Source: Acidobacteria bacterium RIFCSPLOWO2_02_FULL_67_21 (GTDB lineage Bacteria > Acidobacteriota > Vicinamibacteria > Vicinamibacterales > UBA2999). Taken from it: a stretch of DNA of 53,318 bases. Location of the stretch: positions 49,289 to 102,606 of the forward strand of contig MEKU01000056.1 in NCBI GenBank assembly GCA_001767195.1, in the 5' to 3' direction. The notes beneath the pieces are model-generated. The model was not told the DNA's origin, searched no databases, and saw only the letters and a list, made by a program, of their open reading frames with translations. Numbering within the stretch: the stretch's first letter is position 1; each line of letters begins with the position of its first letter. Both the position numbers and the translations under genes were made by a program. Shown in pieces: positions 8,173-18,076 of this stretch.

Positions 8173-10824
8173 TCAGAATCGCTCAAAGATCGCCACAGCC
8201 GCATAGTCGCGATTGATCTGCACCTGCTTGACCGTGCCCACCGGCCGCATCTTCCATTCAACCCGCGGATCGGTGACGGCGACGACGGTGTCCTGCACCC
8301 GCCCGTCGCTATAGACCACGCTGACGGTGACCGGCACGTCGAACGGTTCGCCCATCTGCTCGAAGCGGACCGTGACCGCATCGGGCGTCACCGCGCTCGA
8401 GTAGCGCAGCCGCGGCACGCCGGTGCTGTAGATCCAACGCTCGAAGAACCGGTCGAGCGGGCGGCCCGACTCCTGCTCGAACACCGCGCGGAGGTCCTCG
8501 GTCGAGGCGCTCCGGTATTTCTGCTCGGTGTAGAAGCGGCGCAGGCCGCCGAAGAACGCCTCCTCGCCGATGAGACGCCGCAGCATGTGCAGCACGGCCG
8601 CCCCTTTGTTGTAGACGAGCGCGCGGAAGACACGCGGCTCGCCCCGGATGTGGCCGAGGCGCGAGCCGAGCGCCACCGGGCCCTGCGGCGATTCGGCAAT
8701 CGCCCACCGCCTGAACTGGCGCAGCATGTTGATGAACGTCCGCTCCCCGCGCGTGTTCTGCGCGTAGAGCGCGGCGAAATACTGCGCGAACCCCTCGCTC
8801 AGCCACTGATCGTGGTACGTGCGCCAGCCGACGGCGTGTCCCCACCACTGGTGCGCCAGCTCGTGAGCGATGAAGAACTCGGGAAACGCGCTGAACGCGG
8901 CCGGATCGTTACGCCAGCTCAGCCGCGGAGCCGACACGGGATTATTCAGCACCGCGAGATACCCCGGGCTGTGGCCGCCCGGCAGCTCGTGCTCCACGAG
9001 CGCCACGGTCATGGATTCGTACGGCGCGTCGCCCATGATGCCGCCGTAGAACCGCAGGATCGACTTCACGTCGGGAAGCATGTTGCGCCCGCGGCTCTGC
9101 TGGCGAGGATTCGTGTCAATGGCCACTCGAACCCCGGCCGCAGCGCGGTCGCCCTCCGCCCCGCCGACCGCCACGGTCGTCTCGGCAACACGCACGAACC
9201 GGCTCACGACGACGGCAAAATACCGGAGCGGATCGCCGGCCGTGAACACGAACGACCGGCCGTCGGCCAGACGGAGGAGATCCCGGATTGACACCTCGTC
9301 GCCGGATCGCGGCTGGCCGCTCGCGACGCAGCCGTAGCCTTCGGGCACGACGATGCGCAGCGTTCCGGTGGCGTAGTCAGGGAAGGGATTCTGCGGATAC
9401 CAGAACGACCGGCTGCTCAGCAGCAGGTTGGGTTCGAGTGGAATCGCAAACGGGTCCTCGCGTGCCGGGTCGTCGACCTGCAGCCCTTCGTCCTCGATGT
9501 CCTGCCCCGACACGCTCCCCGCGTAGGCCACCACCAGGTTGACCTCGGTGTCGCCCGGCAGCATCAGCGGGAAGTTGACGACGATGTTGTTCTGCTCGTG
9601 GATGCGCACGTGCAGGAGCCGTCCGTACTCCGGACTCGCGACGCTCCTCACGGCCAGGTCGTCAGCCAGCCGCAGCGTGATGGCGGATACGCCCTCCCCG
9701 CGCACGCGAAGGCGCATGCGGACCTGTCCTTCGAGGAACCCGCGCTCCGGCGCGATGCTCGCCTCGATGTCGTAGTCGATCACGTCGTAGTCGCGGATGT
9801 CGTCGTCACCGACGAAGAGATCGTGGGGGCCGCGGCGGGCGGCCGACGGATACGCGGTGATGGTGCGGGACCGGTTGCTGTCGTAAAACGTGATGTCCTC
9901 CGTCAGCCTTCCCGACCGGGAGTACGTCAGCACGCCGTGCCGGCGCGTCTGCACCTCGGCGACGAAGTCGCCCGACGGGGGGAGGAAGTACCAGATCTCG
10001 CTGCTCAGCTCGCGCAGATCGAGGCTGTAGAACTGAGGCCCCGATCGCGCGAGGAGCTCGTGGGCGCGGCGGAGCTCACGGGGGTTCACCGGCGCCGGCG
10101 TCAGGCTCGCGGTGGACACCCGCTCCTCGTACTCGAGCGGATTCAGCCGGACGAACGCCGACGTGAACGGCGCGTCCAGCGTCTCGGCGCCGGAAAAGAT
10201 CCGGAGCTGGCCGCGCTCGGTGTCCGGCCCCGGCGAAAAGCGCATCAGGCCCCGCCCGAACAGAATGAGACCGGTGATCCCGGCATCGCTTTCAATCTGA
10301 AACACGGAGCCTTCAACCAGGGTGATCGACAGGTCTTCCGCCGAGATCGTCAGGTTGCGGACCGTCGACTGTGTCGACGCATTGAGCCGGAGCCGGTACA
10401 GTCCTTCGATCGACCCGGTCACCACCGCGGCGATGATGCGCCACGAGTCCAGCGCCCCGCCGTTGGGCCGGCGCAGGTCCAGCGCGAGGGTGACGATGCG
10501 CGCACGCTGCGTCGCTTCGGTGAAAAGCTCGGCGATGACCCGGTAGCCATCGCCTGGCAGCGCGCCGTTGAGCGGCGCGCGATCGCGCTCTGTGACGACG
10601 GCGCGGCGCGTGTCAGGAGCGAAGAGGTCCGCCGCAAGCGCCTCGACGTCGGCGGAGGGGAAATCGGCGGACAGCAGCGCCGGCAGGCCGGCCTGATTGC
10701 CCGTTTCGACCAGCGCGTCGAACTGGGAGAGCAGAAGGGTGACGCCGTCCTGCGGATCGGTCTGCGCCGGCGCCAGGCCCGGCCCCGCCAATACAAACGC
10801 AAGGACGGCAGCGAGCCGGGCCAT
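8173..10824 (-). CDS. M1-family zinc metallopeptidase (aminopeptidase N-like), secreted
   Basis: 883 aa with a signal peptide. It carries the gluzincin motif HELAHQWWG-x-…-E with exactly 18 residues between the second His and the Glu (HEXXH-X18-E). Confidence 0.85.
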   Translation of the reverse strand: MARLAAVLAFVLAGPGLAPAQTDPQDGVTLLLSQFDALVETGNQAGLPALLSADFPSADVEALAADLFAPDTRRAVVTERDRAPLNGALPGDGYRVIAELFTEATQRARIVTLALDLRRPNGGALDSWRIIAAVVTGSIEGLYRLRLNASTQSTVRNLTISAEDLSITLVEGSVFQIESDAGITGLILFGRGLMRFSPGPDTERGQLRIFSGAETLDAPFTSAFVRLNPLEYEERVSTASLTPAPVNPRELRRAHELLARSGPQFYSLDLRELSSEIWYFLPPSGDFVAEVQTRRHGVLTYSRSGRLTEDITFYDSNRSRTITAYPSAARRGPHDLFVGDDDIRDYDVIDYDIEASIAPERGFLEGQVRMRLRVRGEGVSAITLRLADDLAVRSVASPEYGRLLHVRIHEQNNIVVNFPLMLPGDTEVNLVVAYAGSVSGQDIEDEGLQVDDPAREDPFAIPLEPNLLLSSRSFWYPQNPFPDYATGTLRIVVPEGYGCVASGQPRSGDEVSIRDLLRLADGRSFVFTAGDPLRYFAVVVSRFVRVAETTVAVGGAEGDRAAAGVRVAIDTNPRQQSRGRNMLPDVKSILRFYGGIMGDAPYESMTVALVEHELPGGHSPGYLAVLNNPVSAPRLSWRNDPAAFSAFPEFFIAHELAHQWWGHAVGWRTYHDQWLSEGFAQYFAALYAQNTRGERTFINMLRQFRRWAIAESPQGPVALGSRLGHIRGEPRVFRALVYNKGAAVLHMLRRLIGEEAFFGGLRRFYTEQKYRSASTEDLRAVFEQESGRPLDRFFERWIYSTGVPRLRYSSAVTPDAVTVRFEQMGEPFDVPVTVSVVYSDGRVQDTVVAVTDPRVEWKMRPVGTVKQVQINRDYAAVAIFERF

Positions 10825-10844
10825 GACGCTCCCCTGGCTAGATG

Positions 10845-12029
10845 CTATCGCAAGATCCCCAGTTCCGCGCCGACCGCCTTGAACGCGTCGAGCGCAAACT
10901 GCAGGTCGTCGCGCGAGTGCGTCGCGGTCACGATGGTGCGGACCCGTGCCTTGTCCTTCGGAACGGTCGGAAAGCCGATCCCCTGCGCAAACACGCCACG
11001 ATCGAACAGGCGGTCCGACAGGGTCATCGCGAGCGCCGCGTCGCCGACGATGACCGGGGTAATCGGGCTCTCGCTCGCCCCGGTGTCGAATCCGAGCCCG
11101 GCGAGCCCGGCCTTGAAGAAGCGCGTGTTGTCCCAGAGCCGGTCGATCAGCTCAGGTTCGGACTCGAGGACGTCGAGCGCTGCCAGGCAGGCCGCGGCCA
11201 CGGCTGGCGGATGGGACGTGGAGAACAGGAACGGCCGCGCGCGATGGCGGAGGACGTCGATCAGCGCGCGCGAGCCGGCAACATACCCGCCAAGCACCCC
11301 GATCGCCTTCGACAGGGTGCCGACCTGAATATCCACGCGTCCGTGGAGGCCGAAGTGATCGACGGTGCCGCGGCCCGCTCGCCCGAACACCCCGCTCGCG
11401 TGCGCATCGTCGACCATCATGATGCACGCGAACTCGTCGGCGAGATCGCAGAGCGCCGGCAGCGCGCCGACGTCGCCATCCATGCTGAACACGCCGTCGG
11501 TGATGAGGAGGGTCCGCTGCCCGCGGGGCAGCTCCTCGAGAATACGCCGCGCCGCCGCGGCGTCGCGATGCGCGAAGACCTTGATCTGGGCGCGGCTGAG
11601 GCGCGCGCCGTCGATGATGCTCGCGTGATTGAGCTCGTCCGACACGATGACGTCATCGCGTCCGAGGACGGCCGCGACCGTTCCGGCATTGGCGGCAAAG
11701 CCGCTCTGGAACACGACCGCGGCCTCGGTCTGCTTGAAGGCCGCGAGCCTGCGTTCGAGCTCCATGTGGATTTCGAACGTGCCCGCGATCGTGCGCACCG
11801 AGCCGGATCCGACGCCGAGCTGCCGCGTCGCCTCGAGCGCCCGCTCCCGCAGCGTCGGATGGGTGGTGAGGCCGAGGTAGTTGTTCGATGAGAGATTGAC
11901 CACCAGGCGGCTGTCGATCGAGGTCCGGGCGCGCTGCTCGCCGTTCAGGACCCGCAGCGATCGGTAGAGACCCTGATCGCGCAGCGCCTGCAGCTCGCGC
12001 TGAAGATAGTGGAGCGGATCGTCGCGCAT
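10845..12029 (-). CDS. kbl: Glycine C-acetyltransferase / 2-amino-3-ketobutyrate CoA ligase (alpha-oxoamine synthase family)
   Basis: Trimmed from 12209 to the in-frame ATG at 12029 (MRDDPLHYLQRELQALRDQGLYR), giving 394 aa. The PLP-lysine context is VGTLSKAIG. The N-terminus and length are typical of Kbl/BioF enzymes, and Kbl versus BioF is not resolved from sequence alone. Confidence 0.75.
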   Translation of the reverse strand: MRDDPLHYLQRELQALRDQGLYRSLRVLNGEQRARTSIDSRLVVNLSSNNYLGLTTHPTLRERALEATRQLGVGSGSVRTIAGTFEIHMELERRLAAFKQTEAAVVFQSGFAANAGTVAAVLGRDDVIVSDELNHASIIDGARLSRAQIKVFAHRDAAAARRILEELPRGQRTLLITDGVFSMDGDVGALPALCDLADEFACIMMVDDAHASGVFGRAGRGTVDHFGLHGRVDIQVGTLSKAIGVLGGYVAGSRALIDVLRHRARPFLFSTSHPPAVAAACLAALDVLESEPELIDRLWDNTRFFKAGLAGLGFDTGASESPITPVIVGDAALAMTLSDRLFDRGVFAQGIGFPTVPKDKARVRTIVTATHSRDDLQFALDAFKAVGAELGILR

Positions 12030-12060
12030 CCGGCCAGTATAGGCCGCCGCCGCACGCCGG

Positions 12061-12426
12061 TCAGAAGAAGAGGAGCATCGTCCACGGCGCGACGGCCGCC
12101 GTGAAGTACAGCCCGGCCAGCAGGGCGACGACGCCGTGCACCTCGCTGAGGTACAGGCAGACGCCGAGACCGGCGGCGGCGACCTTGGCGCTGAGAAGCC
12201 CCGGCGCATGGCCGAGGTGGCTCATGAGCCCTGCGATCAGCGGGTTGGCCTCGATGTCGATGCCGAACGCCACCACGCCCAGGTACGTGCAGATCCCGTC
12301 GAGACACTGCGCCACGAGGAAGGCCGCGAGCGCGACGATGCCGAAGCGGGATGCCGCCGCGTTCCCAACTTTCGGAACCGCGATGCCCCACTCTGCCGCC
12401 GAAGCCGCCTGGAAGTCCGCCTCCAT
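12061..12426 (-). CDS. Small integral membrane protein, DUF5658-like
   Basis: I prefer the ATG at 12426 over the TTG at 12450. It has three or four TM helices and the CLDGICTYLG…EANPL pattern that I associate with DUF5658. Confidence 0.6.
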   Translation of the reverse strand: MEADFQAASAAEWGIAVPKVGNAAASRFGIVALAAFLVAQCLDGICTYLGVVAFGIDIEANPLIAGLMSHLGHAPGLLSAKVAAAGLGVCLYLSEVHGVVALLAGLYFTAAVAPWTMLLFF

Positions 12427-12477
12427 AGGCCCCGGCGGATTACGCGGCAACCGGCGTACCGCAGCGCGGGTTTCATG

Positions 12478-12520
12478 ACGTAGTGCCCGGCTTGAGCCGG
12501 GCTGAAGCCCGGCACTACGT
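12478..12520. repeat. REP-like palindrome (same family)
   Basis: acgtagt-gcccggc-ttga-gccgggc-tgaa-gcccggc-actacgt is a three-arm GC stem with TGAA-type loops and inverted ACGTAGT/ACTACGT flanks. Confidence 0.8.
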
Positions 12521-12545
12521 ACAAGTTGGTGCGTGCAGTGCGACG

Positions 12546-14549
12546 CTAACGAGGCAGGTGGAAGAGCACATCCCCGCTGTCGCGGAACAGCGCGACGGCG
12601 CCCGCGCTGCGGAGCACCATCGAGACCGCGGGCCCCTCGTCGCCGAGATACGCGGCCTCGTGCACGATCGCGTACGTCGCGCCGCTGGCGCGGAGCGCCG
12701 CGAGCGCAACCTCGGGATGGCGCGGGATCTCGGACAGCGCCGTGACGAGCCGCGGATAGTGCGGCGGGGTGAATCCGCTGTACCCGTTCACGACCGGGCG
12801 CCAGTGGACGGTCGAGTAGTACATCGCACGAAGATCGAAATCGGGCGGACCGAGCGGGAGCTCCACGAGCACGCTGTCGGCCGGCTCGTCGCGCACCCGG
12901 GCATAGACGGCCGGCGCCCTCGCCGGGCGGTAGAGACGCGCCTCCGGCGTGTTGAAGGAGCGCAGCGGCGTGACGCCGTTGACGAGGAACGGCACGTGCG
13001 TCGCCTCGAGCAGGAAGACGCCGGCGAGCGCAGCGACAACCATGCGGCCGGCGCGCGTGCGGCTCAGGGCGGCTGCACCGTATCCCCCGAGCACCGCCAG
13101 CGCAAAGGCCGCCACCATGGCCAACCGCGCCGGCACGCGCAGCCCGTCGAAGCCCGGGACTGCCTCGAAGAGCAGCCGGTACGGCGCAGCGATCTCGACC
13201 GGCCGCCCGAGCGACTGCGGGGCGGGCCCGAGCGACAGCCAGACCGCCCCCGCGAGCATGACGACGAAGAATCCGCGGTCGCGCGCGAAGCGCGCCGCCC
13301 GCGCCCGCGCGGCCGGTGACACCAGGAACAGCAGCGCCAGCGCGATCGCGGCGCGAAGCAGCAACTGGTTGATGTTGCTCATCCGGAGCGTCAACGGCCC
13401 GAGGTCGATACTGATTCGGCGGTAGAGAAGCACGAGCGCCGCCGCTGCGGCATGGCCCGTGGCGGCGGCCGATAGAAGCCAGGTCAGCCAGCGCGGGCCA
13501 AGGCGCCGGGTCCGCTCCGCGGGACCCGGCCTACGTACGCTGGGTGTACGCAGGGCGGAGTCCGCGTAAGCGGCTCCGCCGAAGATCCCGATCAGCGCCA
13601 GCAGCAGCGGAACGGCGCCTGAAAAGAGCTCGCCTTCGGGCTTCGGGAAGGCTCGAAGCACGCGGCCCCAGAGGCGCTGCTCCTCAAAGGCCGTCGCGTA
13701 CGAGTAGACGTCGGCCGAGAATCGGGTGACCTCCGCAAGCGAACGCACTCCGAATCCCTGCGTCCGCAGCGCCGCATACGGCAGCAGAAACGGCGTCAGC
13801 AGCGCGGCCCCGCCAAGGGCGATCCAGGCCCGCGCCGAGCGCCACAGGCGGCCGCGGGCAATTTCCGACAGCGCGAAGGCCGCGGCAACGGGCGTGAAGA
13901 AGAGCAGGTAGTACCCACACGAGAGCCCTTGCGCAACCAGCGCCGCTGACGCGCCCACGAGCGGCTTCATCCGCAGGGCGGGTCCCTGTGCCCCCGCCTT
14001 TGCCACCGGGCCCACTGCGGCCGCCGAGCGGAAGAACCGCACCAACCCGTAGAACACGAACGGCATCCACTGCGCCGACAGCACCTGCAGATGCGACGAC
14101 TGCGCCAGCCGATACGGCGCGAATGCGAAGAGCAGTCCGGCGACGAACGCTCCCCACGCGTGGCCGGTGAGCTCCCGGACAAGCAGGTACATCCCGAGCC
14201 CGGCCAGGACGTACGTCGAGAGGAAGAGGAGGTTGTAGCAGAGGATCGGGTTCGCGGTCGCCACATAGATCGGGAACACCTGAACGGCCTGGGCCACGAG
14301 ATGTTCGGAATAGGCGAGCGCGAGCGGCGCGGGATAGAACGCGTTGGCGTCGAAGAACGTCGCGATCCGCGAGACGTCTCCGGTCAGGATGTGGCGGAAC
14401 TGCTCGCACACCCACGACAGGATCCACATATTGAGCACCGAGTCGCCGAGGTCCCAGGCCACGTCGCGGCCGAGACCGGCCGCCAGCGGCCACGTGGCGA
14501 CGAGGGTGGCAAGCAGGTACGCCGAGGCCGCGTACCACGCGCGCGCCAT
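12546..14549 (-). CDS. Polytopic membrane protein, GT-C-type glycosyltransferase-like (ArnT/PMT-like architecture)
   Basis: 667 aa with more than 10 predicted TM helices and then a soluble C-terminal domain. The call is from architecture only. It lies 4 nt downstream of the AI-2E gene on the same strand. Confidence 0.65.
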   Translation of the reverse strand: MARAWYAASAYLLATLVATWPLAAGLGRDVAWDLGDSVLNMWILSWVCEQFRHILTGDVSRIATFFDANAFYPAPLALAYSEHLVAQAVQVFPIYVATANPILCYNLLFLSTYVLAGLGMYLLVRELTGHAWGAFVAGLLFAFAPYRLAQSSHLQVLSAQWMPFVFYGLVRFFRSAAAVGPVAKAGAQGPALRMKPLVGASAALVAQGLSCGYYLLFFTPVAAAFALSEIARGRLWRSARAWIALGGAALLTPFLLPYAALRTQGFGVRSLAEVTRFSADVYSYATAFEEQRLWGRVLRAFPKPEGELFSGAVPLLLALIGIFGGAAYADSALRTPSVRRPGPAERTRRLGPRWLTWLLSAAATGHAAAAALVLLYRRISIDLGPLTLRMSNINQLLLRAAIALALLFLVSPAARARAARFARDRGFFVVMLAGAVWLSLGPAPQSLGRPVEIAAPYRLLFEAVPGFDGLRVPARLAMVAAFALAVLGGYGAAALSRTRAGRMVVAALAGVFLLEATHVPFLVNGVTPLRSFNTPEARLYRPARAPAVYARVRDEPADSVLVELPLGPPDFDLRAMYYSTVHWRPVVNGYSGFTPPHYPRLVTALSEIPRHPEVALAALRASGATYAIVHEAAYLGDEGPAVSMVLRSAGAVALFRDSGDVLFHLPR

Positions 14550-14552
14550 CGC

Positions 14553-15596
14553 TCAGGCGCTCCGCTGGTCGGACGGGTCGGTCAGCAGCTCCTCGAAGCC
14601 GACCTGCACGATCGCCATCGTCGGCACCGCGAGGATCGCCCCGACCACGCCGAGCAGCGTGCCCCCGATGAGGAGCGCCACGATGACGCCGGCGGCGCTG
14701 ATGCCGACCTGCCGCTCCATCACTTTCGGGACCAGGACGTGATTTTCCAGCTGCTGCTGGAGGAGGAAGAAGAGGGCGACGCCCGCCGCCAGCCCGGGCG
14801 AGACCGTGAACGCGACGGCGACCGCCGGCACCGCGGCCAGCACCGGACCGATGACCGGGATCATCTCGCCGATCCCGGCAATCAGCGCCAGCACGTAGAA
14901 GTACGGCACGCCCATGAAGAAGAGGCCGACTCCCGCGGTCGTGCCGATGATCGCGCCGAGGAGGAACTGCCCCCCCAGCCAGGCGCTTACTTTCCCGGAG
15001 ACGCGGCGGCAGGCATCTTCCACGCGAGGCCGTTCGGCCCGTGGAAACAGACGGACGAACGTCCGCACGAGATGGTCGGCGTCGACCAGCAGGTAGAACG
15101 TGAGGATCAGGATCGTGAGGAGGCCGAACAGCCCCCCGACGATTCCCCAGACGGCGGCGACGAGCGTCCCGACCGCGTCAGACGAGCCGACGGGCGCCTG
15201 CTCGACCGCATCGCGCAGCGACCGCTCGCGCGAGAGCAGCCCGCGCTCGATCAGCCACAGCTGCGCGCGATGGAACATGTCCGGCAGCGCGGCCCAGAGG
15301 TCGCGAGCCTGACTGATCAGAGGCGGGACGACGAGCAGCCCGACGCCGACCAGCACGCTGAGAAACAGGATGTAGATGGTCAGAATGGCGGCCCAGCGAG
15401 GGACGCGCCCGCCGCGGATCAGGGGCTGCCGCTCGATGAGGGCCACGAGCGGGGCGACGCCGATCGCGAAGAGCGCGCTGATGTAGACGAGCAGCAGCGC
15501 GCTGCGGACGAGGAACAGGGCCCAGCCGAGCGCCGTCGTCACGAGCAGGCCGGCAAGGGCGTACCGGATGAGCGCGCGCGGATCCTGCGTGGTCAC
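14553..15596 (-). CDS. AI-2E family transporter (PerM/YhhT, UPF0118)
   Basis: Trimmed to the GTG at 15596 (VTTQDPRALIRY…). The upstream part of the track ORF only translates the hairpin repeat (WELASWGLEV). At 347 aa with 7-8 TM helices, the length and profile are typical of the family. Confidence 0.8.
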   Translation of the reverse strand: MTTQDPRALIRYALAGLLVTTALGWALFLVRSALLLVYISALFAIGVAPLVALIERQPLIRGGRVPRWAAILTIYILFLSVLVGVGLLVVPPLISQARDLWAALPDMFHRAQLWLIERGLLSRERSLRDAVEQAPVGSSDAVGTLVAAVWGIVGGLFGLLTILILTFYLLVDADHLVRTFVRLFPRAERPRVEDACRRVSGKVSAWLGGQFLLGAIIGTTAGVGLFFMGVPYFYVLALIAGIGEMIPVIGPVLAAVPAVAVAFTVSPGLAAGVALFFLLQQQLENHVLVPKVMERQVGISAAGVIVALLIGGTLLGVVGAILAVPTMAIVQVGFEELLTDPSDQRSA

Positions 15597-15600
15597 AAAT

Positions 15601-15667
15601 ACAACTTCCAACCCCCAAGACGCCAACTCCCAAATTGGGAGTTGTGAAGTTGGGCGTTGGAAGTTGT
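15601..15667. repeat. Periodic-unit hairpin, CTTCCAA/CTCCCAA flavour
   Basis: acaacttccaacccccaagacgccaactcccaa-a-ttgggagttgtgaagttgggcgttggaagttgt. The arm ends are perfectly complementary. It lies downstream of the aminotransferase stop at 15667. Confidence 0.85.
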
Positions 15668-16887
15668 CATCGCCTGAGGTAGTCCAGCGTGAACGCGGCG
15701 AGGTCGCGATAGATCGACTCGAGCTCGCCCGGATCGGCGAGAAACACGATCCGGAAGGTTCCCTGCTCGGGACGCATGCCGAAGCCCGATCCATAGACGC
15801 AGAGAATGCCGGTGGCGCGAAGCAGCGAGAGCACGAAGTCCTCGTCGGTACGCCCCGGCGGGAGCGAGAGGGCCGGCATCGCGTAAAACGCGGCGCGCGG
15901 CGCGACGCATCGCATGCCTGGAATCGCGTTCAGGCGTTCCGTGGTTATGCGCGCCCGTTCGGCCAGCGCGCGGCGGAACGCCGTCTGATGCGACCGGTCG
16001 CCGGTGAGCGCGGCAATGACGGCGTACTGCATCGGGGCCGGACTGCACAGGCGGCCGTCGGCGAGCTTGCGCATGGCCGCGACCGCGTTGTCGAGCCTCG
16101 GGGTCGGCCCGGCCACCATCCAGCCCGTTCTCCACCCCGGCGCCAGGTATGCCTTCGAGAGGCTCGACAGCGAGATGATCGGCGCGTCGGGCTCGAGCGT
16201 GGCCAGCAGCGGCACCGGACCGTCGAAGCCGGTCTCCGCATACACCTCATCGGCCAGAATCGTGAGCCCGTGCTCCTCGGCAAAATCAATCAACGCGCGT
16301 CGAACCGGCGTCGGGTACACGGCCCCGGTCGGATTGTTCGGATCGATGACGACGAGCACGCGCGTCCTGGACGTGACCAGGCTGCGGAGATGATCGAGAT
16401 CCGGCAGCCAGCCTCGATCGGGATCCGTGCGGTAGAACCGCGGGCGGGCGTTGATGGTGGCCAGCACTGCCGTATACAGCGGGTACGTCGGCGAAGGCAC
16501 CAGCACCTCGTCGCCCTCGTCCACAAGCGCGTTGAGCACGAGGTCGATGCCTTCGGACGTGCCGGTCGTGATGAGCACGCGATCGGGCGAGACGGCCACG
16601 CCGCGTGCGGCATAGTCGGCCGCGACCGCCTCACGCGCAGCGGGGATGCCGTCGGACGGGAGGTAACCGTTGTGGCCGTCCTGCATCGCCCGGTACACCG
16701 CCTCGATGAGGTGCGGCGGTGTCCGGAAGCCGAACGCCACCGGGTCGCCGATATTGAGATAACGGACCCGCCGGCCCTGCGCCTCGACGGCGCGCGCCTC
16801 GGTCACGATGTTCCGGATCGCGTACGAGAACCGACCAACGCGCGCGGCCACCGCAATCGGCCGCTCGATCCTGGAGTGTGTCGGCAT
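15667..16887 (-). CDS. Class I/II PLP-dependent aminotransferase (AlaA/AlaC-like)
   Basis: 406 aa with NIGDP, LVPSPTYPLY, DPNNPTG and the PLP-lysine motif SLSKAY. Confidence 0.85.
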   Translation of the reverse strand: MPTHSRIERPIAVAARVGRFSYAIRNIVTEARAVEAQGRRVRYLNIGDPVAFGFRTPPHLIEAVYRAMQDGHNGYLPSDGIPAAREAVAADYAARGVAVSPDRVLITTGTSEGIDLVLNALVDEGDEVLVPSPTYPLYTAVLATINARPRFYRTDPDRGWLPDLDHLRSLVTSRTRVLVVIDPNNPTGAVYPTPVRRALIDFAEEHGLTILADEVYAETGFDGPVPLLATLEPDAPIISLSSLSKAYLAPGWRTGWMVAGPTPRLDNAVAAMRKLADGRLCSPAPMQYAVIAALTGDRSHQTAFRRALAERARITTERLNAIPGMRCVAPRAAFYAMPALSLPPGRTDEDFVLSLLRATGILCVYGSGFGMRPEQGTFRIVFLADPGELESIYRDLAAFTLDYLRR

Positions 16888-17040
16888 CCAGCGTCCATCT
16901 TACACGCGTGCCCGCGAGACCTCTGAACGGCCTGCCCTGATACACACCTCAGGCAAAATGCGTGTAACAATTACATATGGGGGCTGCCGCCCACGACGGA
17001 CGGGTTCTCCCAAGTTGTTGAAAACAGGTCGCTAATCAGA

Positions 17041-18042
17041 GTGGCAAGACGATTGAACTGTTGGAGCGCCGTGACGCACCGGTTTCTGGCGGTTCCCATT
17101 CTGACGGCCGCGATGCTGCCGGCGCCTCCCGGGGCGCTCGACGCCCTTCAGACCTCGGCGGTGTCGGCTCAGGGTCCGGCCACGACATTCAAGGCCGGCG
17201 TCGAGGTCGTCACCGTGACCGCCGGGGTTCGCGACCGGAAAGGGCGCGTCGTCCGCGATCTGCAGCGGGCGGATTTCGAGGTCGTCGACAGCGGCATTCG
17301 CCGCGACATCCGTGACTTCTACGCGGGCGAAGCGCCGGTGAGCGTCGCCTTTCTGCTCGACATCAGCGGCAGCATGGCGGTCGGCGGCAATATCGAGCGG
17401 GCCCGGCATGCCATTGCGGTGGCCACCGGCATGCTCAGGAACGAGGACGAGGCGGCGCTCTTCACATTTGATGCGTCGCTGCAGGAAGTGGTCGGGTTCA
17501 CGCGCGATCTCGATCGGGTTCGCCGCGTGAGCCTGGAAGGGAAGCCCTGGGGCATGACCTCCCTTTACGACGCGGTGGCTGCAGCGGCAAGGGCGGTCGC
17601 CAGCCGGTCGAACCGGCATCGCGCGCTGCTCGTGATCACCGACGGCGTGGATACCGGCAGCCGGCTCACGGCGCCCGAGGTGTCGGGGATCGCCAGCTCG
17701 ATCGATGTGCCGGTCTATCTGCTGGCGGTGGTCTCGCCGCTCGATCATCCGGGCGGCGAGCTGTCGGTGCTGGCCGCTGACGACGTGGCGACGAGCACGG
17801 CGACGCTGGCGGATCTGGCGCGGTGGACCGGCGGCGACATGCGCGTCGCCAGCCAGCCCGCACACGCGGTGGCCGCCACGCGGGATCTGTTCGAAGAGCT
17901 TCGGTATCAGTACCTGATCACGTTCGACCCGGATCCGCGGCCGGGTTGGCACCCGCTCGAAGTACGCACACGAAACAAGAGCCTGACCGTCCATGCACGT
18001 GGCGGATACATATCTGGCCCGGCGCAGTCGGAACACCACTAG
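17041..18042 (+). CDS. VWA domain-containing protein (TIGR03436 acidobacterial VWFA-related type)
   Basis: FKAGVEVVTVTAGVRDRKGRVVRDLQRADFEVVD is followed by the MIDAS-like DISGSM. It is a paralogue of 50097..51110. The start codon is GTG. Confidence 0.8.
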   Translation: MARRLNCWSAVTHRFLAVPILTAAMLPAPPGALDALQTSAVSAQGPATTFKAGVEVVTVTAGVRDRKGRVVRDLQRADFEVVDSGIRRDIRDFYAGEAPVSVAFLLDISGSMAVGGNIERARHAIAVATGMLRNEDEAALFTFDASLQEVVGFTRDLDRVRRVSLEGKPWGMTSLYDAVAAAARAVASRSNRHRALLVITDGVDTGSRLTAPEVSGIASSIDVPVYLLAVVSPLDHPGGELSVLAADDVATSTATLADLARWTGGDMRVASQPAHAVAATRDLFEELRYQYLITFDPDPRPGWHPLEVRTRNKSLTVHARGGYISGPAQSEHH

Positions 18043-18076
18043 CACGTAAGCACGCCACACTGAAGGAGAGAAGATC

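Noticed and set aside
8134-11891. Series of plus-strand ORFs (8134..9291, 9598..11328, 10842..11891) opposite the M1 peptidase and kbl
   Set aside because: All are antisense to recognisable genes. They are Arg/Asp/Glu/His-rich with no family resemblance.
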